A stretch of DNA of 64,000 nucleotides from Phoronis australis (GCA_002633005.1 NMRA01000749.1:104434-168433); one strand, 5' to 3'. Shown: positions 13,739 through 28,700, counted from the first letter of the stretch. The notes: generated by a model from the letters alone, not told the origin. Numbers and translations are program-made.

Positions 13739-16700
13739 ATGTTCAGTCAAAGTGCATGGAATGGCCAGTGGGAGGAGCCACTAGCTGATGATGGAATCAT
13801 TGATGTCGTTGTGCGAGATCATGAGAAGGGGAACCAACAGCTGGAATATGCTGGTGAGAAAACTGTGATTCATTGCTGCATTCCGTAGATGAAAATGCAA
13901 GATCACGCAAGTCTTTGTAAGATATAGCACTGTAATAGAATCAAAGCATGTGATCACGCTATCTTTTTCGTGAGTTTCTTGTGTCTACAGAATGGGGACC
14001 CGGTGTCAAAGGTCATGTGTCAAAGGTTTATAGAAACAAAAAACTTGTTTACAAGATTAATTTGAATAGAATTACATTTTGGAATATTTTCCAGTGGGTT
14101 TTCATCTTCTGCTGTGTGAAAAATTTTGTTTTGGCTAAATTTTGTTCACCATGTCTGGGACTCTATGTTGCTAGAAATCATCACTAGTTTTATTTTTATT
14201 GAAAGTGCTATCATTCATTTCAAACACCCGAGTCCCATTTTGGATTTGTATTTGTCAAACAATTCATAAACATGTTTTTTAAAGTTGGCTTTCTTGATCT
14301 TACAAAATATGCATCGCCGCCTTCACGAAAACATGTTACGACTGTCTTACCTACGACTTATGATCTTAAATAAAATGACTCCAGGTGTCATCATTTGTGG
14401 TAGAGTGACTTCTGGAGACACCGATGGCTGGATTGTGCCAAATACAGGCCTCTTTCTCTTTTATTAAAAAATTGCCCTGCATTGATAAGAATTCCCCTTG
14501 CGGTTAAAATCTCTTTGAGGTCATGCAGCACGTTGGCACCAGGTTTTAATAACTGAAAAGTCCATTCTTCACAATCACGCTTTGCTGTACAGAGAAGGAT
14601 CTGGATTAGTTTATTATAATTGTAAGGGTGATAACAGGGTATTTAGGAAAGAAAATAATTCATGAGGTACATCTGTCCTTTACTTGACACCCCTACTACT
14701 TACTTAAGCCAGCCCAGTTCAAGGATAAAGTATGACTACTACATAGTGGAAAGGGCGAGGTGATCTGGTTGTGCATTAGGCAATGCTCTGAAACAGCATA
14801 AAGATATTAATACTGATTTTGGCTACCTATAGATGGGTGAAGACAAGGGCATTGGAATGGGTGGCGACCTTGAGCAGGGGTATTTTGTGTTTGGGACTCA
14901 GAGGAGAGATTGTTCCATCATTCGAAAAAAATCTCTATGAGAAGGCACAGGCACCTTCGCCTGAAGTAAGCAAGGATCCTGCCCACTTTGCAGTGGATGA
15001 ACATTCGCCTTTTTAATTCTCATACTTGAGTTTTTGCCAGTTTTTAAAGAAATTCTTTTTTAGAAATTTGCTACTAATGCTTTTTTTGTGAGTAGTAGAG
15101 ATCCTTGTGCCTGGTTGCATGAAACAGTCCCAAATAGGGTCTCAAATAAGTTCCCTTTATCTACTACGTAGTTGTGGACTTGTGAGAACTCTTATTGTCC
15201 TTTCTTGTGTTGTTATAGCTCCATTACTAAGTCAAGTTTTGGCTTTGATACAAATCGAGAGTGAACTCTACGTTAAGTTCTCAATATTATTGAAAGTAAG
15301 TAGCTGGGGATGTTTTCATACATCCCCCCTAATTTAAGGACTATGTCCCTATTTATTTTCATTGAACTAAGGGGCACAGTTATTCATTGATAATGATGAT
15401 AATATGGCGGAGAGAGATTCCATTTGTGAGTTAAGAACGACACAAATATACAAAAGATTTCGGGAACTTAGTTGAGTCCCTGTTTGGGACTGTTTCATGC
15501 AACTAGACTCCCGTTTCTAAAATTGTTACTTTTCAGGAATTACTCGAAATCATTGGAAACCAAGTAATGCTCGCATGTCGTGTGCAAATTCCGATTGTAA
15601 CCTCAAGTTTGGACTTACAGATCGGAAACATCATTGTCGGCGGTTAGTATGCAGGGATATACTTAGCCACTCGCGCAGTCGCCAATGCTAGTAAAAATAG
15701 TGCTGGGCGAGTAGAAATTGTCTTTCCGGTTGCCCAGGCGGCGAGCGAATTTGCAAAAGCACTCTATCATTTCCCAGATGAACATGAATAAATTTTCTCC
15801 TCCTTGCTTGTTCAAAGCGCTTGCTCAACAATTGGACGATATTACTGTTATGCATAGGGGTGCTCGGTCGGCTGCCAAAATAATGAAGCAAACACACATC
15901 ATGTAAAAAGTCACCAGGCAAATCAAAACATCAAGAATAAGTTTTTGACCACGTGGATGTGCACAGAATGTTTGACTTGTGCTTAGTGACAAGTTGATTT
16001 CTTGTGCTGTTGCTTTTGGTTGGGCGCTTCCATTTTGGTGTCAGGAGTGAGGAAGAGTGCAGGTTTTTAATAAAACTACTCTTGTGTCAGATTTTATCTG
16101 GTCAGTCTTTTACCCACATCGGCGCCGTAGCTGTAACCTATATTACTACATTGCAAGTAGCTTTGCGCCAACGCAACGTCTTGCATTGCTGGGAATTCAT
16201 CGACGTCAAAAGTTTCTTAGTAGGAATTCATTTTCTGAAAACGATACTAGCCCTTATAGATGGTGACGTCAACGCACGAAACTATGATTTTTATTGACAT
16301 TGACGGCAAGTGACTCAAACGGCTGGGTGACTGAACTTTGGGCTGGGCGAGCAAATTTTCTGGCTCACTCGCCCAGCTGGCAAGCGGAGTTTTGAAACCT
16401 AGGTATATCTCTGAGTATGTCCATATTATTTTCATTTCTTAGAAGAAAGGGGTGATTTTGTGCTAGTTTGGCTAGTGATTTTTGAAATCACAGACTACAG
16501 AACTATACTAAACCATCATATGCGTAATCATTTATCAGAACTTCTGGAGACTCACTGAAATATTTCTCCCAAGGTTGGGTAGTGGCCTGGCTTCTTCAGT
16601 CCACAGTTGAAGGAAACAAGCAATGTCGGGAGAAATATTTCAGCGAGTTTCCAAGATTTTGATTTATACTGTATGCATTAGAAGAGTAGTAATATCCATA

Positions 16701-19700
16701 CTTTATTACTCATATTTCATGTCTTGTTTGTTGTTTGTTTTTTGTTAGGCATGATTAATCCCTTTGGATTTTGGCATATAAAACCAAAGGACATAAAAGC
16801 AATTCCTGACTTATGCTAAAACCCATTTCAAAAACGACTGTTCTATTAAAAAAAATTTTGTAAAAAACGTCAAGCACCCTGTTGTTAATACTGTGATTAA
16901 TGCAACAGTCTTCCAGAGCAGGCCTAGTGGGATAAGTGTCTTCCATTACTCAAGGTCGTGGGTTCGAGTTCCAGTTGGGCACACTGCTAGACCCTTGAGT
17001 CAGGTCTCTAGCTCCTCAGCTCAGTTTTAACTATAGAAAAATCGTTCCACGTTACCAGCGCATTGAGCAGTTTTTGCAAGTCTGGTACATCGTGTAGCAG
17101 TCCGCCTGCAATTATTTTATGTTGTAACAGTCATTGATTTAATTATGCTTTCCTGTACAGATGCGGAGACATTTTCTGTGACAACTGTACTCGGTATGAG
17201 CGGAGACTCAACAACTTGGCACGTATTGATCCTAATGGTAAACTACATAAGGTGAGAACCTGACTATTTATAATGTACTGTTGAGAGCCGCGGACTATTA
17301 ATTATGGCAGCAAGGTGATTTTCTAAAATCTGCATTTTTTAAAGCTGAAAGCAAACAGTTTTGATGTTAACTTTCCAAAAAATTACAGATCTCTGGTTAT
17401 CTTGAAAAAGACATTTTTTCATGTTAACATCTATTTCCCAGTTGTGTATTTGCTCTTCGTGCAACAGTGGAAATTGACGTAAATGGTCCAGAAAAAGGTC
17501 CGCATCTTGGTTTAGCATTCACTTCCATTGAGTAAACACGAATGACTAATGTTGTGGGTTCAACAGTGAGGAGGATATTGTGTTTTCTTAATGGCAGTAA
17601 ATGCAAAGTCAAGGTGAGACCTTTGTGTTGAGCCATCTGGGTCACTCTCTGTTACTCCATGAGTAACAAAAACATGCCATGGGAAAAGAAATGAACATGT
17701 AAAATCTCTCTGAGATAACCAGTGAACTATATTTCATTGAAGGTAATGTAAAAAATGGCTGCTTTCCCGTTTAAAGGATTGTAATGTAACAACAGAACTG
17801 TCGATGTAGACTGAAGTTGAAGCAAAACTCCAGTAACCTGGTTAGCACACGATGGCTTAAGCCAAGAGCCAAATTCCTTGCAGTAACCTGAGCAATATTT
17901 ATTAATGGTTCTCGTTATTCAACACGGCTTTTGCTCATTGTAGGTTTGCAAGGCTTGCTTTGATAAAGGTCCTCAGACACTGGGTACTGTCTGTAACTTG
18001 ACAATTGAGTTCAAGCAACACAGGAGAAGAAATCAACAAAAGAGCGCCTCGCTTGTAAATTACGGGTACAGGTAATCAAACTTAAGATGATTGATTACGC
18101 TCAGCTTTGTGTACTCTGTATATGACAGTGTTTTGAAAACTACAGTAAATATCCTCATAATTGCCAAAATGGTCGTTTTTTTCATGTTTCTAAGGCTAAT
18201 TGCCTTTTTGAAATATTGGGAACTTTGATTAGGAAAATGTTGTTTTATGATATCGACGCAGTACAAACCATGCTTGCAATATACAAAAGTGTACTTAATC
18301 CTGACTTTTGTGGATTATTACCGTACAGTCATCTACTAGTAGGTTGCTCGTTAGTTGGCATTTCAACTTTTGCAATGTTCTAAGGCTTTAATTCTAGAAT
18401 CAGGTGAGCCTGATCTGGGAAAACTCATTCAGGGGAACTAGAAAGTTAGAAAAAAGTAAAACATCAACTCACCAATTGACATTTCCACCTTTCTAAAAGT
18501 CTTGTTCATTGCATGGATTTCTCATTTTGAGCTGACCCTTAGAAGAGGGTTGTAAGCGTTGATCATACCTTGTACACCAGCATCTTGAACAATAACAAAC
18601 ACATCCTATTTCCATTAATAGTCATTTACAGAGGTCCCACAATTTGGGAACCATTTTTCTCCATAGAATAACAGGCATTAAACTGGATCTCATAATCCGA
18701 AGCCCCTGGCAGTGCCTACTACCGTATTTCATATATAGTATTCTCACTGTAAAAACAAATTCGAAAGTGTGAACTTGTTTGACAGATGAAAAAAGAAGTT
18801 GCCCAATATCAATAAGAATGTCCATGCCCACAGCCAGTCATATAGCTTGAATAGAGTTTAGGGTAATGGTCGGTTATAAAGTGCCCAAATTTTGAGGACC
18901 AGTTTTCTCCACTGAACAACGCACATCAAACTGGTTCTCAAAATACGACAAATATCTGACTATTGCCGGGCAGGCCTTCATCTAGCGTACGTCCTGGGCG
19001 TCCAAATGGACGCCCTAGCTCAAATTTGGACGCCCTGGGAAGGATGCCCAGAACAGCCTCAGGATGCCCAGTGCGGATGGAACACCGCCGGTTTGGACGC
19101 CCACGTACGGCAAGAGTAGATTTCGAACTACCAGTGTTGGCGCAATTAGTCGACCCCACAGCGAATCACGCCGACGGAGGCGACCACGCTGACACACTCC
19201 CTCTTTGTTGTCAGTAATGACTGAACAAACCTGTATCTCAGCTTCAATAACCAGACTTGCTGTGCCAGTGTAACCAGTAACCTCATTCTTAATAGCCGAA
19301 ATTGCTTAAATTGTGATTGTAATTCGACACTACGACAAACCATTGACCGCATTCACCGCGTGACATAAGAATGCCGGAAGCAAACTGGCCAATGAATGAC
19401 AGAATAACTTATTGTTGTCGGCCTTCATTTGTTTACAACTACACGAAAAGTAGATATTTTTCGAAAACGAATATTAAATATTTCTTGAAAAGGCAGCCTT
19501 TTTCCGAATACGCACGACGTCCGCAAGTGGTATGTACTGCGAAAATACGCGAAATGTGAATGAATGGACACAAAACATTGTGTGGACTGACGTTATGACG
19601 AGGATAACTCACACGCCAAAAACTTGAAAAAATCGTCATTTAGGCCTACAACAAAGTATGGACACGATTCACNNNNNNNNNNNNNNNNNNNNNNNNNNNN

Positions 19701-22700
19701 NNNNNNNNNNNNNNNNNNNNNNNNNNNNNNNNNNNNNNNNNNNNNNNNNNNNNNNNNNNNNNNNNNNNNNNNNNNNNNNNNNNNNNNNNNNNNNNNNNNN
19801 NNNNNNNNNNNNNNNNNNNNNNNNNNNNNNNNNNNNNNNNNNNNNNNNNNNNNNNNNNNNNNNNNNNNNNNNNNNNNNNNNNNNNNNNNNNNNNNNNNNN
19901 NNNNNNNNNNNNNNNNNNNNNNNNNNNNNNNNNNNNNNNNNNNNNNNNNNNNNNNNNNNNNNNNNNNNNNNNNNNNNNNNNNNNNNNNNNNNNNNNNNNN
20001 NNNNNNNNNNNNNNNNNNNNNNNNNNNNNNNNNNNNNNNNNNNNNNNNNNNNNNNNNNNNNNNNNNNNNNNNNNNNNNNNNNNNNNNNNNNNNNNNNNNN
20101 NNNNNNNNNNNNNNNNNNNNNNNNNNNNNNNNNNNNNNNNNNNNNNNNNNNNNNNNNNNNNNNNNNNNNNNNNNNNNNNNNNNNNNNNNNNNNNNNNNNN
20201 NNNNNNNNNNNNNNNNNNNNNNNNNNNNNNNNNNNNNNNNNNNNNNNNNNNNNNNNNNNNNNNNNNNNNNNNNNNNNNNNNNNNNNNNNNNNNAAGTGTC
20301 TCCGAACCGAAGTCTTTAGTCAATATACGTGCTGTGCATCTGGCGACGTGTAACAATCATGTCGCCACCTTACTGGGACTTCAAAGGTTTGATGTTCCTT
20401 GATGTTACATCAGCCCAGCTGCACTCAGCAGTCAGCGGTCACTTTCTCTTGCACGCGCAACCTGGTTAGTTGTATCTCACGAGTCGCGCGACATGGCAAA
20501 ACGAAATATATTGGATTTTTTTAAACCACGAAAGGAATCTGCGCCAACGTTAAATGAGCCACCTCATCATGAAGCCGAAACCGCTCAAAATGTTAATCTG
20601 GTTACGACAGTCACAGTGGTACCGAATTCAGAATCCGTTGTAGCAACTACAAGCTCAAGTTTTGAGACAGCAGTAGAGCCAAAGAAAAGAAAGTTCGTGC
20701 AGGGGTGGCTAAAGTCTTTTCCTTGGCTGCGGTACGACAGCACCAGCGACAGTATGCACTGCGTATATTGTCGCCAGCACAGCCCACGCAACCCGCTGGC
20801 GACGGGTACTTCAAACTTCAGGTAAGTGCAATTTCAAATTGCGCCCATTTGAGTTAACCGCGCACTATTTTGAATGTCTAAGAAATGTGCCCGTGAAATA
20901 AAAATTCCCGACCGCGTCATTCATGGCGCTTTAATCTGAATTTCTAAGTTTAGTGAATTTTGCTAGTATGCTCGATAAATAGGCCTAACTCAATTTGTCC
21001 ATCTGACGTTTTCTCCGTGTCATTTCCGTTTTTTGAGAAATGCCGTCCCAGGTAAGCAATCGGTAATTCAAAATCATTGGAGTGAGTGCCACGGAAGTGC
21101 AGCTCCGTCGCAATTTTTTTACGATACCTCCTCGCTATTAAAATTGCGTTGTTATGAGTAATCTAGCTGCAGTTAACAGTAGCCAACTCATGCCCGATCG
21201 CGGTTTTCTGAAACTGGATTTCATCACGAGGTTCGATTCAAATCACGCCGTCGAGGCAACGGAGAGCGATAACCACGGTGCCGCGCGGACACAAAATTTT
21301 TCATTTTGCACTGACTCAGCTGCTATATCAAGCCGTTACAGTTTCGTTTTCATGGCGTTTGCTTGTAAAACGCTTTATTAAAGACATGCAATAAATGTCT
21401 GCAAGTCCGATTCTTCATGGCAAAATCACCCGATTTGGTTTGCGTGTTCGTTGTGCAATAATTTTATAAGGTTAACTTGTCCAATGTTCTGTAACTCAAG
21501 GAGTTGTGTGTTGGAACATGCCCTTCATAATTTACACTCTAATTTAACTGGTACTTGATAGCTGATATCTGTATTACTACTTTGACTGGAACGGAGCGCG
21601 ATGTTAAATTTTGATTTTTGCCTATCGTTCTTAATACCTAATCTTAAGTCAAATAAATGATGTGTGAAAACCTGCGGTGTGTAACCACACGCTGTTGCAG
21701 TTACTGGTTAGCCTTCCCTGGAAACTTTTCATGCTGGGTCTACAGTCGTCTCTCAACTTCAACTGTTGCTTTTATGCCATGACTTGGTGCATTTTAGAAT
21801 CAAAACCCTGGTCAAACACGTGACCTCAGAGGACCACAGAAAGGCAAAGGAAGGCCTTGACATAGACCAGACAAAAATTATGGACAAGCCAAAGGCCAAG
21901 ACGTACACAGAGGCGCAGATACAGGCTGTTACTGCTGGTAATCTGTCTGACTGAATGTTTAATGAATATTGCTCAAGCTGATTTTCTAAAATCACTGATT
22001 ATTTAGTCACATAATCACCTAGTTAGATTTAAAGTGAATGGAAGTAGGTGTTCAGTATAATCATTTCTTCTATTATTTTAAATTTCAATTGTGTTTGAAA
22101 GCTCAGGCACTCATGCCGAGGTTATGACATTTAGAAAAATATTCAAGATGATACTTCCTGACTTAATGAAAAAAATAATAAAGTTGAAAAAATGACAATA
22201 AACCGTATAACAGGATTTTTGAGATTTCACCATGAAGTTTTTGTCATGTTAACTAATGTCACTGAGAACTACTTTCTTCTTCCTTTATAAGTAATCTATG
22301 TGTGACAAAAAGACCAAAACCTTTTAAATACTGATTTAAACACCCTGTTTGAATTGAAAGATAGTGTTTTTGAAGTTATTACATCTATCCTTATTTTATG
22401 TCACAAACTCACAGGTATCTAGTGCTGTCAATTGATAGCTATGTTCATTTTCAATTTCCAGATGTTGACAAGTATCTGCTCTGTACTTGAAGAGGAACTA
22501 AAAACAGAATTAAAACAGTCCCCCTGTGTAGGAATCGGTTTGGATGAATCCACTGACAGATCATCAGAAAAACACTGCGTATTCATCATGAGGTATAACT
22601 ATCTGCATTTTCCTATCAAACTTCCTATAGCTGTCATTTTTTATGGGCACTGTGTTACAGTTATAGTGTCATTTTCATATGATAACACAAAATAGGCCTA

Positions 22701-25700
22701 CTAGGAATAATGTCTAACAGTTGGACACAGTGGAAACAACATACTTGAAAATGAAGCGTGTTCGAGATGGCTCAGCCTAGTCTATTTATGACACCTTACT
22801 GACAGTGCTGCAGGAATTCCGTATTCCTATTCGCAAGGTCACAGCTATGGGTTCTGACGGTGCCAGCATGATGGTTGATGCAGTTAATGGTGTGTCTGCT
22901 AAGCTGTGTAGCGACCAGCCCTTCTGCTTATGTGTCCATTGTGTTTGTCACAGGCTCCACCTGGCTGTCAGTCAGGCATGCAAGCACGACAGAAACATGA
23001 GCGTAAGTTGCATTTCATTTACTGAACAGGCTAAAAAGCTTTAAATTAATATTACTAAACAAGAAGCCAAAACAGTTCTATAGCCTAACTTGTGTTTCAT
23101 TTTTTCAGGCATTGCAGAAGACAGTCGGCCTAATTTACAATTTCATACAGTCCTCAGAGGTTCGGCTCACAGCTTTTAAGGACATTGCAGCTCTACTGGA
23201 CTGTGACACCCTGAAGTTCAAGCGGCTGTTTGACGTGCGTTGGCTCTCATTTGGGGACTGTTTAGAAGCTGTGGTGCGCAACTTCGAACCCATGATGGTG
23301 CTGTTGGCAAGAGCCAGACCAGGGCGACCCTGTTGCAGAGTCAATTTACTCAAAGTTCACTAAGTACAAGTTTGTCGCATTGTTACACCTTTCTTGCGAC
23401 ATCTTGAACGTCATCAATAGGCTGTCTCGGCACCTGCAGTACAGGGACGTGTGTTTCAGCACACTGAAACGTTCAGTATGAATTTTCTTAGTGCAAATTG
23501 ATAACAAATGATGACAGTACTTAACAAATTGGATTGTATTATTATGTTAGCATTCATTGCTTTTACATATTGCTAATACTTATATTTATTGTACAGGTGA
23601 ATGACTGCAGAGCAACATTGCTTGAGATGGTAACGCATGATGGTTATTCTCTGACAGAGTTTAAACAAGGGTTTGATCCTGCAGTGGGCCAATACCTTGG
23701 CAGCGACATCACAACCAACCAGCTGCGTGGAGACAATGATGACCAACTGGTGTCATTTGAGCGATGTTGTGTGCAAGTCATTCACGCTATAATCCAAAAT
23801 CTAGATAGAAGATTTCCACGAGTAGATCTTTTAGATGCTATGCAGGTAAGTTCCTTGTTCGGCTTTTGTAAAACATCTAAAATTCTTTGACAGTCAGTAT
23901 TAGGTTTTCATGATTTTTCTGAAAGGTTAACCATTCTACTTTTCATTTTTTTCACAGATTTTCGACAGACGGGCATACCCAAATAACCCAGACACGCTTT
24001 TCAGATGGGGGAATGAATACTTACGCACGTTGACAGACCACTATGGCGTTGCTAAGGATCAGCATCCAGCGTTGGTGGATAGTGAAGTAAGCTAGAAGTT
24101 ACTGTTTTTCAATTATTAACCAGGTTTTTCAGTTATGGTCAGATAAGCAACATTCCATCTTGTGCTAAGTTTGACTTTGAATCATAGCTTATTTTTTTCA
24201 CTACAGGCGTGCAGAGGTGAGTTTCTGACATTCAAGAGACTAGTTTTCCGGGCTGAGGAGCGAACTCGTCCCTGTGAGCTGCTGACGCATCTCTTCAGTG
24301 GAGTGAACGAGGACAACAAGACAGTGTACCCAGGTATGAATTAGGCTGCATGTTAAGCGAAATTAGAATACATGTTAAGCAAAAAATACAAAGAAAAATA
24401 TAATTAGCAGTGCAGTTACTCTCATCATGCTTTAATCATTTCACTTTTTTTTAGAGTTATACAAGCTGATGTGCCATGCACTGTGTGTCATGCTTGGTAA
24501 TGCTGAAGCAGAGCAAGCTTTCAGTGTGCAGAATCGGGTGAAGACCATTGCCAGATGTGCTATGGCCATTGAAACTCTGGATATGTTGGTGCGGGTGGCA
24601 TATCAACGAGTTTCAGCCGAGAACTTTGATTTTAGGGCTGCTGCTCTGGATTACTTGGCCAGGCGCAACAGAAGACTATGAATCTTGTTGTAAACTATTA
24701 GGAGTTTAGCTTGCCCCCATAACCAGGCATGCTTACTGGAAACCTGCAAATATGAAACGTATATTGCCTATTCAGCTTAGTCACCCAGCACAAAAACATG
24801 TTACAGTGTTGTCATATGTTTTAGTAGTTGGTGTGCAACAAAGCCTGCTGCCAAACAACTCTGGTGTCAAAGTGAACACTGTTCAGGTATAATAGCAAAC
24901 TACTATGACAATCAGAGCAGTTTGCTATTGATGTGTGAACTATTCTGCTGTTCAAATTGAAAATATTCAGGTATAATTAGCAAATTACTCGGATAATCAG
25001 AGTAGCTTGCTGTTTGTATGTGAACATTTTATGATCTTTGTTCTCTAAAATTCCCTGGCTTTTGGATAATTTTAAAATTAGTTTGGCTGGTTTAGAGTAC
25101 CTAGACTCCTGAAAATATCAGCATGATGCAAGTCTCTGTAAATACTGTAAATATTGTCAAAGTATCTGTAAATATCCTGAAAAATACTTATTCAGCTTGG
25201 TGCAAGCCTGTATAAATATTGTAAATATTGTTAAAGTATCTATACTATTCTAAACACTGTGTCTTGTTGTGAATAAAGGTTTTGATTAACACATAGAACT
25301 TGAGTATTTTATTTGCTCACAGTAACATCCACCCCACTTGTCTGTAGTAACGCGAATCGCGGGGTTGACTAGGGGTCGCGAAAAACGGTGTCACGCGCTA
25401 ATGGTCCAGGACGCCCTAAAAAATTGGAACTCCATTTTGGACACCCTAAGTTGGAAATCCTGGATGAAGGCCTGTTGCCGGGTTTAGCATACAGTAAAAG
25501 ATCAACTTAGTCACTGTTGAAACTTGTTTGTGGACAATATATGAGTGAGAAACTCAATTTTAGCAACACTTCAAATACAAATTTTTTCTCAATAACAGTT
25601 TTGACTTGTCGTCTGAGTGCAAGCGATTGCGTGAAGGATTCAAGTGCAGCCTCAGTAAACGTCTGTCTGGGTTGATATCTATTGTGTCGACACCCAGTTG

Positions 25701-28700
25701 GAAGAAAGCTCCACTACAAGTGGTAAGTGTGCAGCCGGGGATTTTTTTTCCGAAAGTGGGACATGGTTGTCCTTCAAGAAGTCAAACTTAGACCAATGCA
25801 AAGCGTTGGCCGATGAAAGTATGAACACTCAAGACCTCACAAAACTTGGTCAGCTTCGTCAATGATTTATTAAAGTTGCTATAAACAATGCTGTGGTGTT
25901 AAAAACATCACTTTTCTTCAAAGTTTTATTAGCTCTTCCAAGCAATGTCATCGCATTTCTATCCTTTGTTTAAATTTAATTTCAATAAAATGTCTGGAAT
26001 TCCCCTGACAGCCATTGAGGCTATGTGAATGAAACTAACTGCCATTATGAGTGACATTGTGGGCCCAGTCTGGCCTAACAACGGCCTTTCAGTTATTTTT
26101 GAGTAAAAACAAAAAAGTCCATTTTGGGACTGTGGCAAACAATTTTTTTTGCTCAAGATCGGAGGTTATACAAAATTTTAGAATTAAGCACTATTGGCCA
26201 CCCAAATTCAAGAATTGCGAGAAAGACAAATTTTGGATTGTCATGGTTATTTTCAGCAGTTTTATCTCACATTTTAACGGTACAAAATTCAGCATCTAAT
26301 ATTTGAGAAATATGATGAATGTCAGAATTACCCATAGCCTTCATCTTTAGAATCAAGAAAATTCAAATTTTGGCTTGAATTTCAGTGTCTGAAATTTCAG
26401 AGACACTGTCCAAACTGGAGAACATTTACCGTAATCCAAAAGTGGGTTTTTGATTGAAGGTGTAGGTTTATTGCTCCTTGAGTCCCCATACCATTGTTTG
26501 GTCCAATCTGAGCCAGACTGTCTCATAATACATAAAGATCAGGGCCTGTTGTAAGAAACTGACTTAAGTTCATTTTTGACTTAACTTTAAGATTTGTCTT
26601 AACTTCCAAACTTTGAAACTTCCACATTTGGTAAGTTAGCCAAAATTAAAACAAAACTTATGTGAAACACTGAAGTCAAACTTAAGATCTCTTTCTTGAA
26701 TTGGCTTTGAGACAAATTTAACTTTTATTTTGAAATTTACTAAAATTTAAGATTTGTCTTAGCTAAGTCACTTTTGTTGGAACAGGCCCCATTTTTGGCA
26801 ATTATTTTTGTCCAAAATTTGTGAGATTTGTGTCTTTTATTTCCCCAAATTTCTCAACATAAATAGCTTTTCAGGAAGTTTTACTAACTCATTGCTTTTA
26901 GCACGCTTTGTATGGTACAGCTGTCATCAATTGACATTTTATAAATTTTTCAGCATTTTGTTGTGATGTAAGCCTCCGAAAATAGGGAAAATGTCAATTT
27001 TAGAAAATTGTATTTGTCCCAAATTGATAAATAACGTAGAAAATAAATCTGAAACTAAATAAGGCGATCCAGATCCTCCCAAGGATACTATTGTTTCATG
27101 AAATGTAGAATATAAATCAGTAAATAAAACAACAAGAATGGATCAACTGAAATTTGAAATTTTCGGATGTAATAACTTTCTTTGTCAACAAAAACAGAAA
27201 TAAAGTAAAATCAAACACTATATGACAATTGACATATAAGATATGGTGTAATGAATATGATACATTTTTGCGTAAAAAAATTCAATGACATATTTTAAGA
27301 AGTTTTTATGTTCAATCCATGAGGTTCTATTGTATTCAGCTTGTCTATCCAATATTGTTCTCTTTTGAGTCTGTGAGGGGTACTGGGGTGTTGGAGTTTT
27401 TCTATTATTTGTACAGAAAGATCTTGAATATTATGGTTTTTGGAATTGAAATGATTACCTATAGTATCAGAAATGTTTTTATGTATTATGTTAAATCTAT
27501 GATTACGAAACCGAGTTTGTAGATTATGTTGAGTTTGTCCTACGTATTGGATAGAACATTTTTTACAAGTTATAAGGTAAATAATATTGTTGGTGGTGCA
27601 ATCAGAATAATGTTTTATTTCAAAGTTTTCATTGGTTTGGGAAGACTGGAAAAAAGTGCTATCGTTGATGAAGTTACACATTTTACACCTAGTTTTGTTA
27701 CATTGTGTGTTGCCAATAGGTTTGTCAGTTTGGTGTATATTGTCGATATTAGCTTTAACTAAATAATTTTTTAGATTTTTACATTTTCTCCAAGAAATTA
27801 TAGGGGGATGAGGAAATAGGTTTTTCATTTGAGGGGAAATATGCAGTGTAGAAAGATGTTTTTTGAAGACGTGGCTAATTCCGTTTAAACATGGATTGAA
27901 CATAGTTATGAAAGGTATTCTATTAGTAGTATTGCCTTTAGTTTTAGTTCTTAAAGATTCATTTCGAGTAATTGAGCGGACTTTGTCAAACTGTTTGTGT
28001 ATAAGATGTAAGGGGAAATGACGTTGAATTAGATAGTACTTGAGTTCTTTTAAACGGTTATTAAAGGAAGTTTCTTCTGAACAAATGCGTCGAATTCTTA
28101 GGGCAAGGCTATATGGAAGGCTTTTCTTGCAATGAAAGGGATGACACGAGTGATATGACAGATACTGGTGTTTGTCAGTTTCTTTACAGAATAAGTCAGT
28201 TTCTAGTTTATCATTATTAAGAGTGATAGTTACATCTAAAAATGAGACTTTATTTTGAGAAATGTCATGAGTGAACTTTATAGTAGGGTGAAATTTGTTA
28301 ATATTTTCTAAAAATACATCTAATTTTTGTGGACCATGGGTCCATATCATAAAAATGTCATCAATGTATCTTAGCCAGAGAAGGGGTTTTTCAGAGCAGG
28401 ATTTGATGAAGCTGTTTTCAAGATTTCCCATAAAAAGGTTGGCAAAAGTAGGAGCAACCCTAGTTCCCATAGCTGTGCCTAATATTTGGAGATAGTGATT
28501 ATTATTAAAGGTAAAATGATTCATGGTAAGTACATGTTCAAGAAGAGGGCGAATAAAAGATGTAGGTACATTAGGATTATTACGTTGACTAAGAAACTTG
28601 GTACAGGCTTCTATGCCTTCATGTTGAGGAATATTAGTGTATAAACTTTTAACATCAAGAGTTACGAGAAGGGCATTTTTAGGTAAATCACTGATGTTTT

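Noticed and set aside
19624-20356. Three ~230-aa ORFs in the track
   Set aside because: They consist of the N gap (19673-20293).
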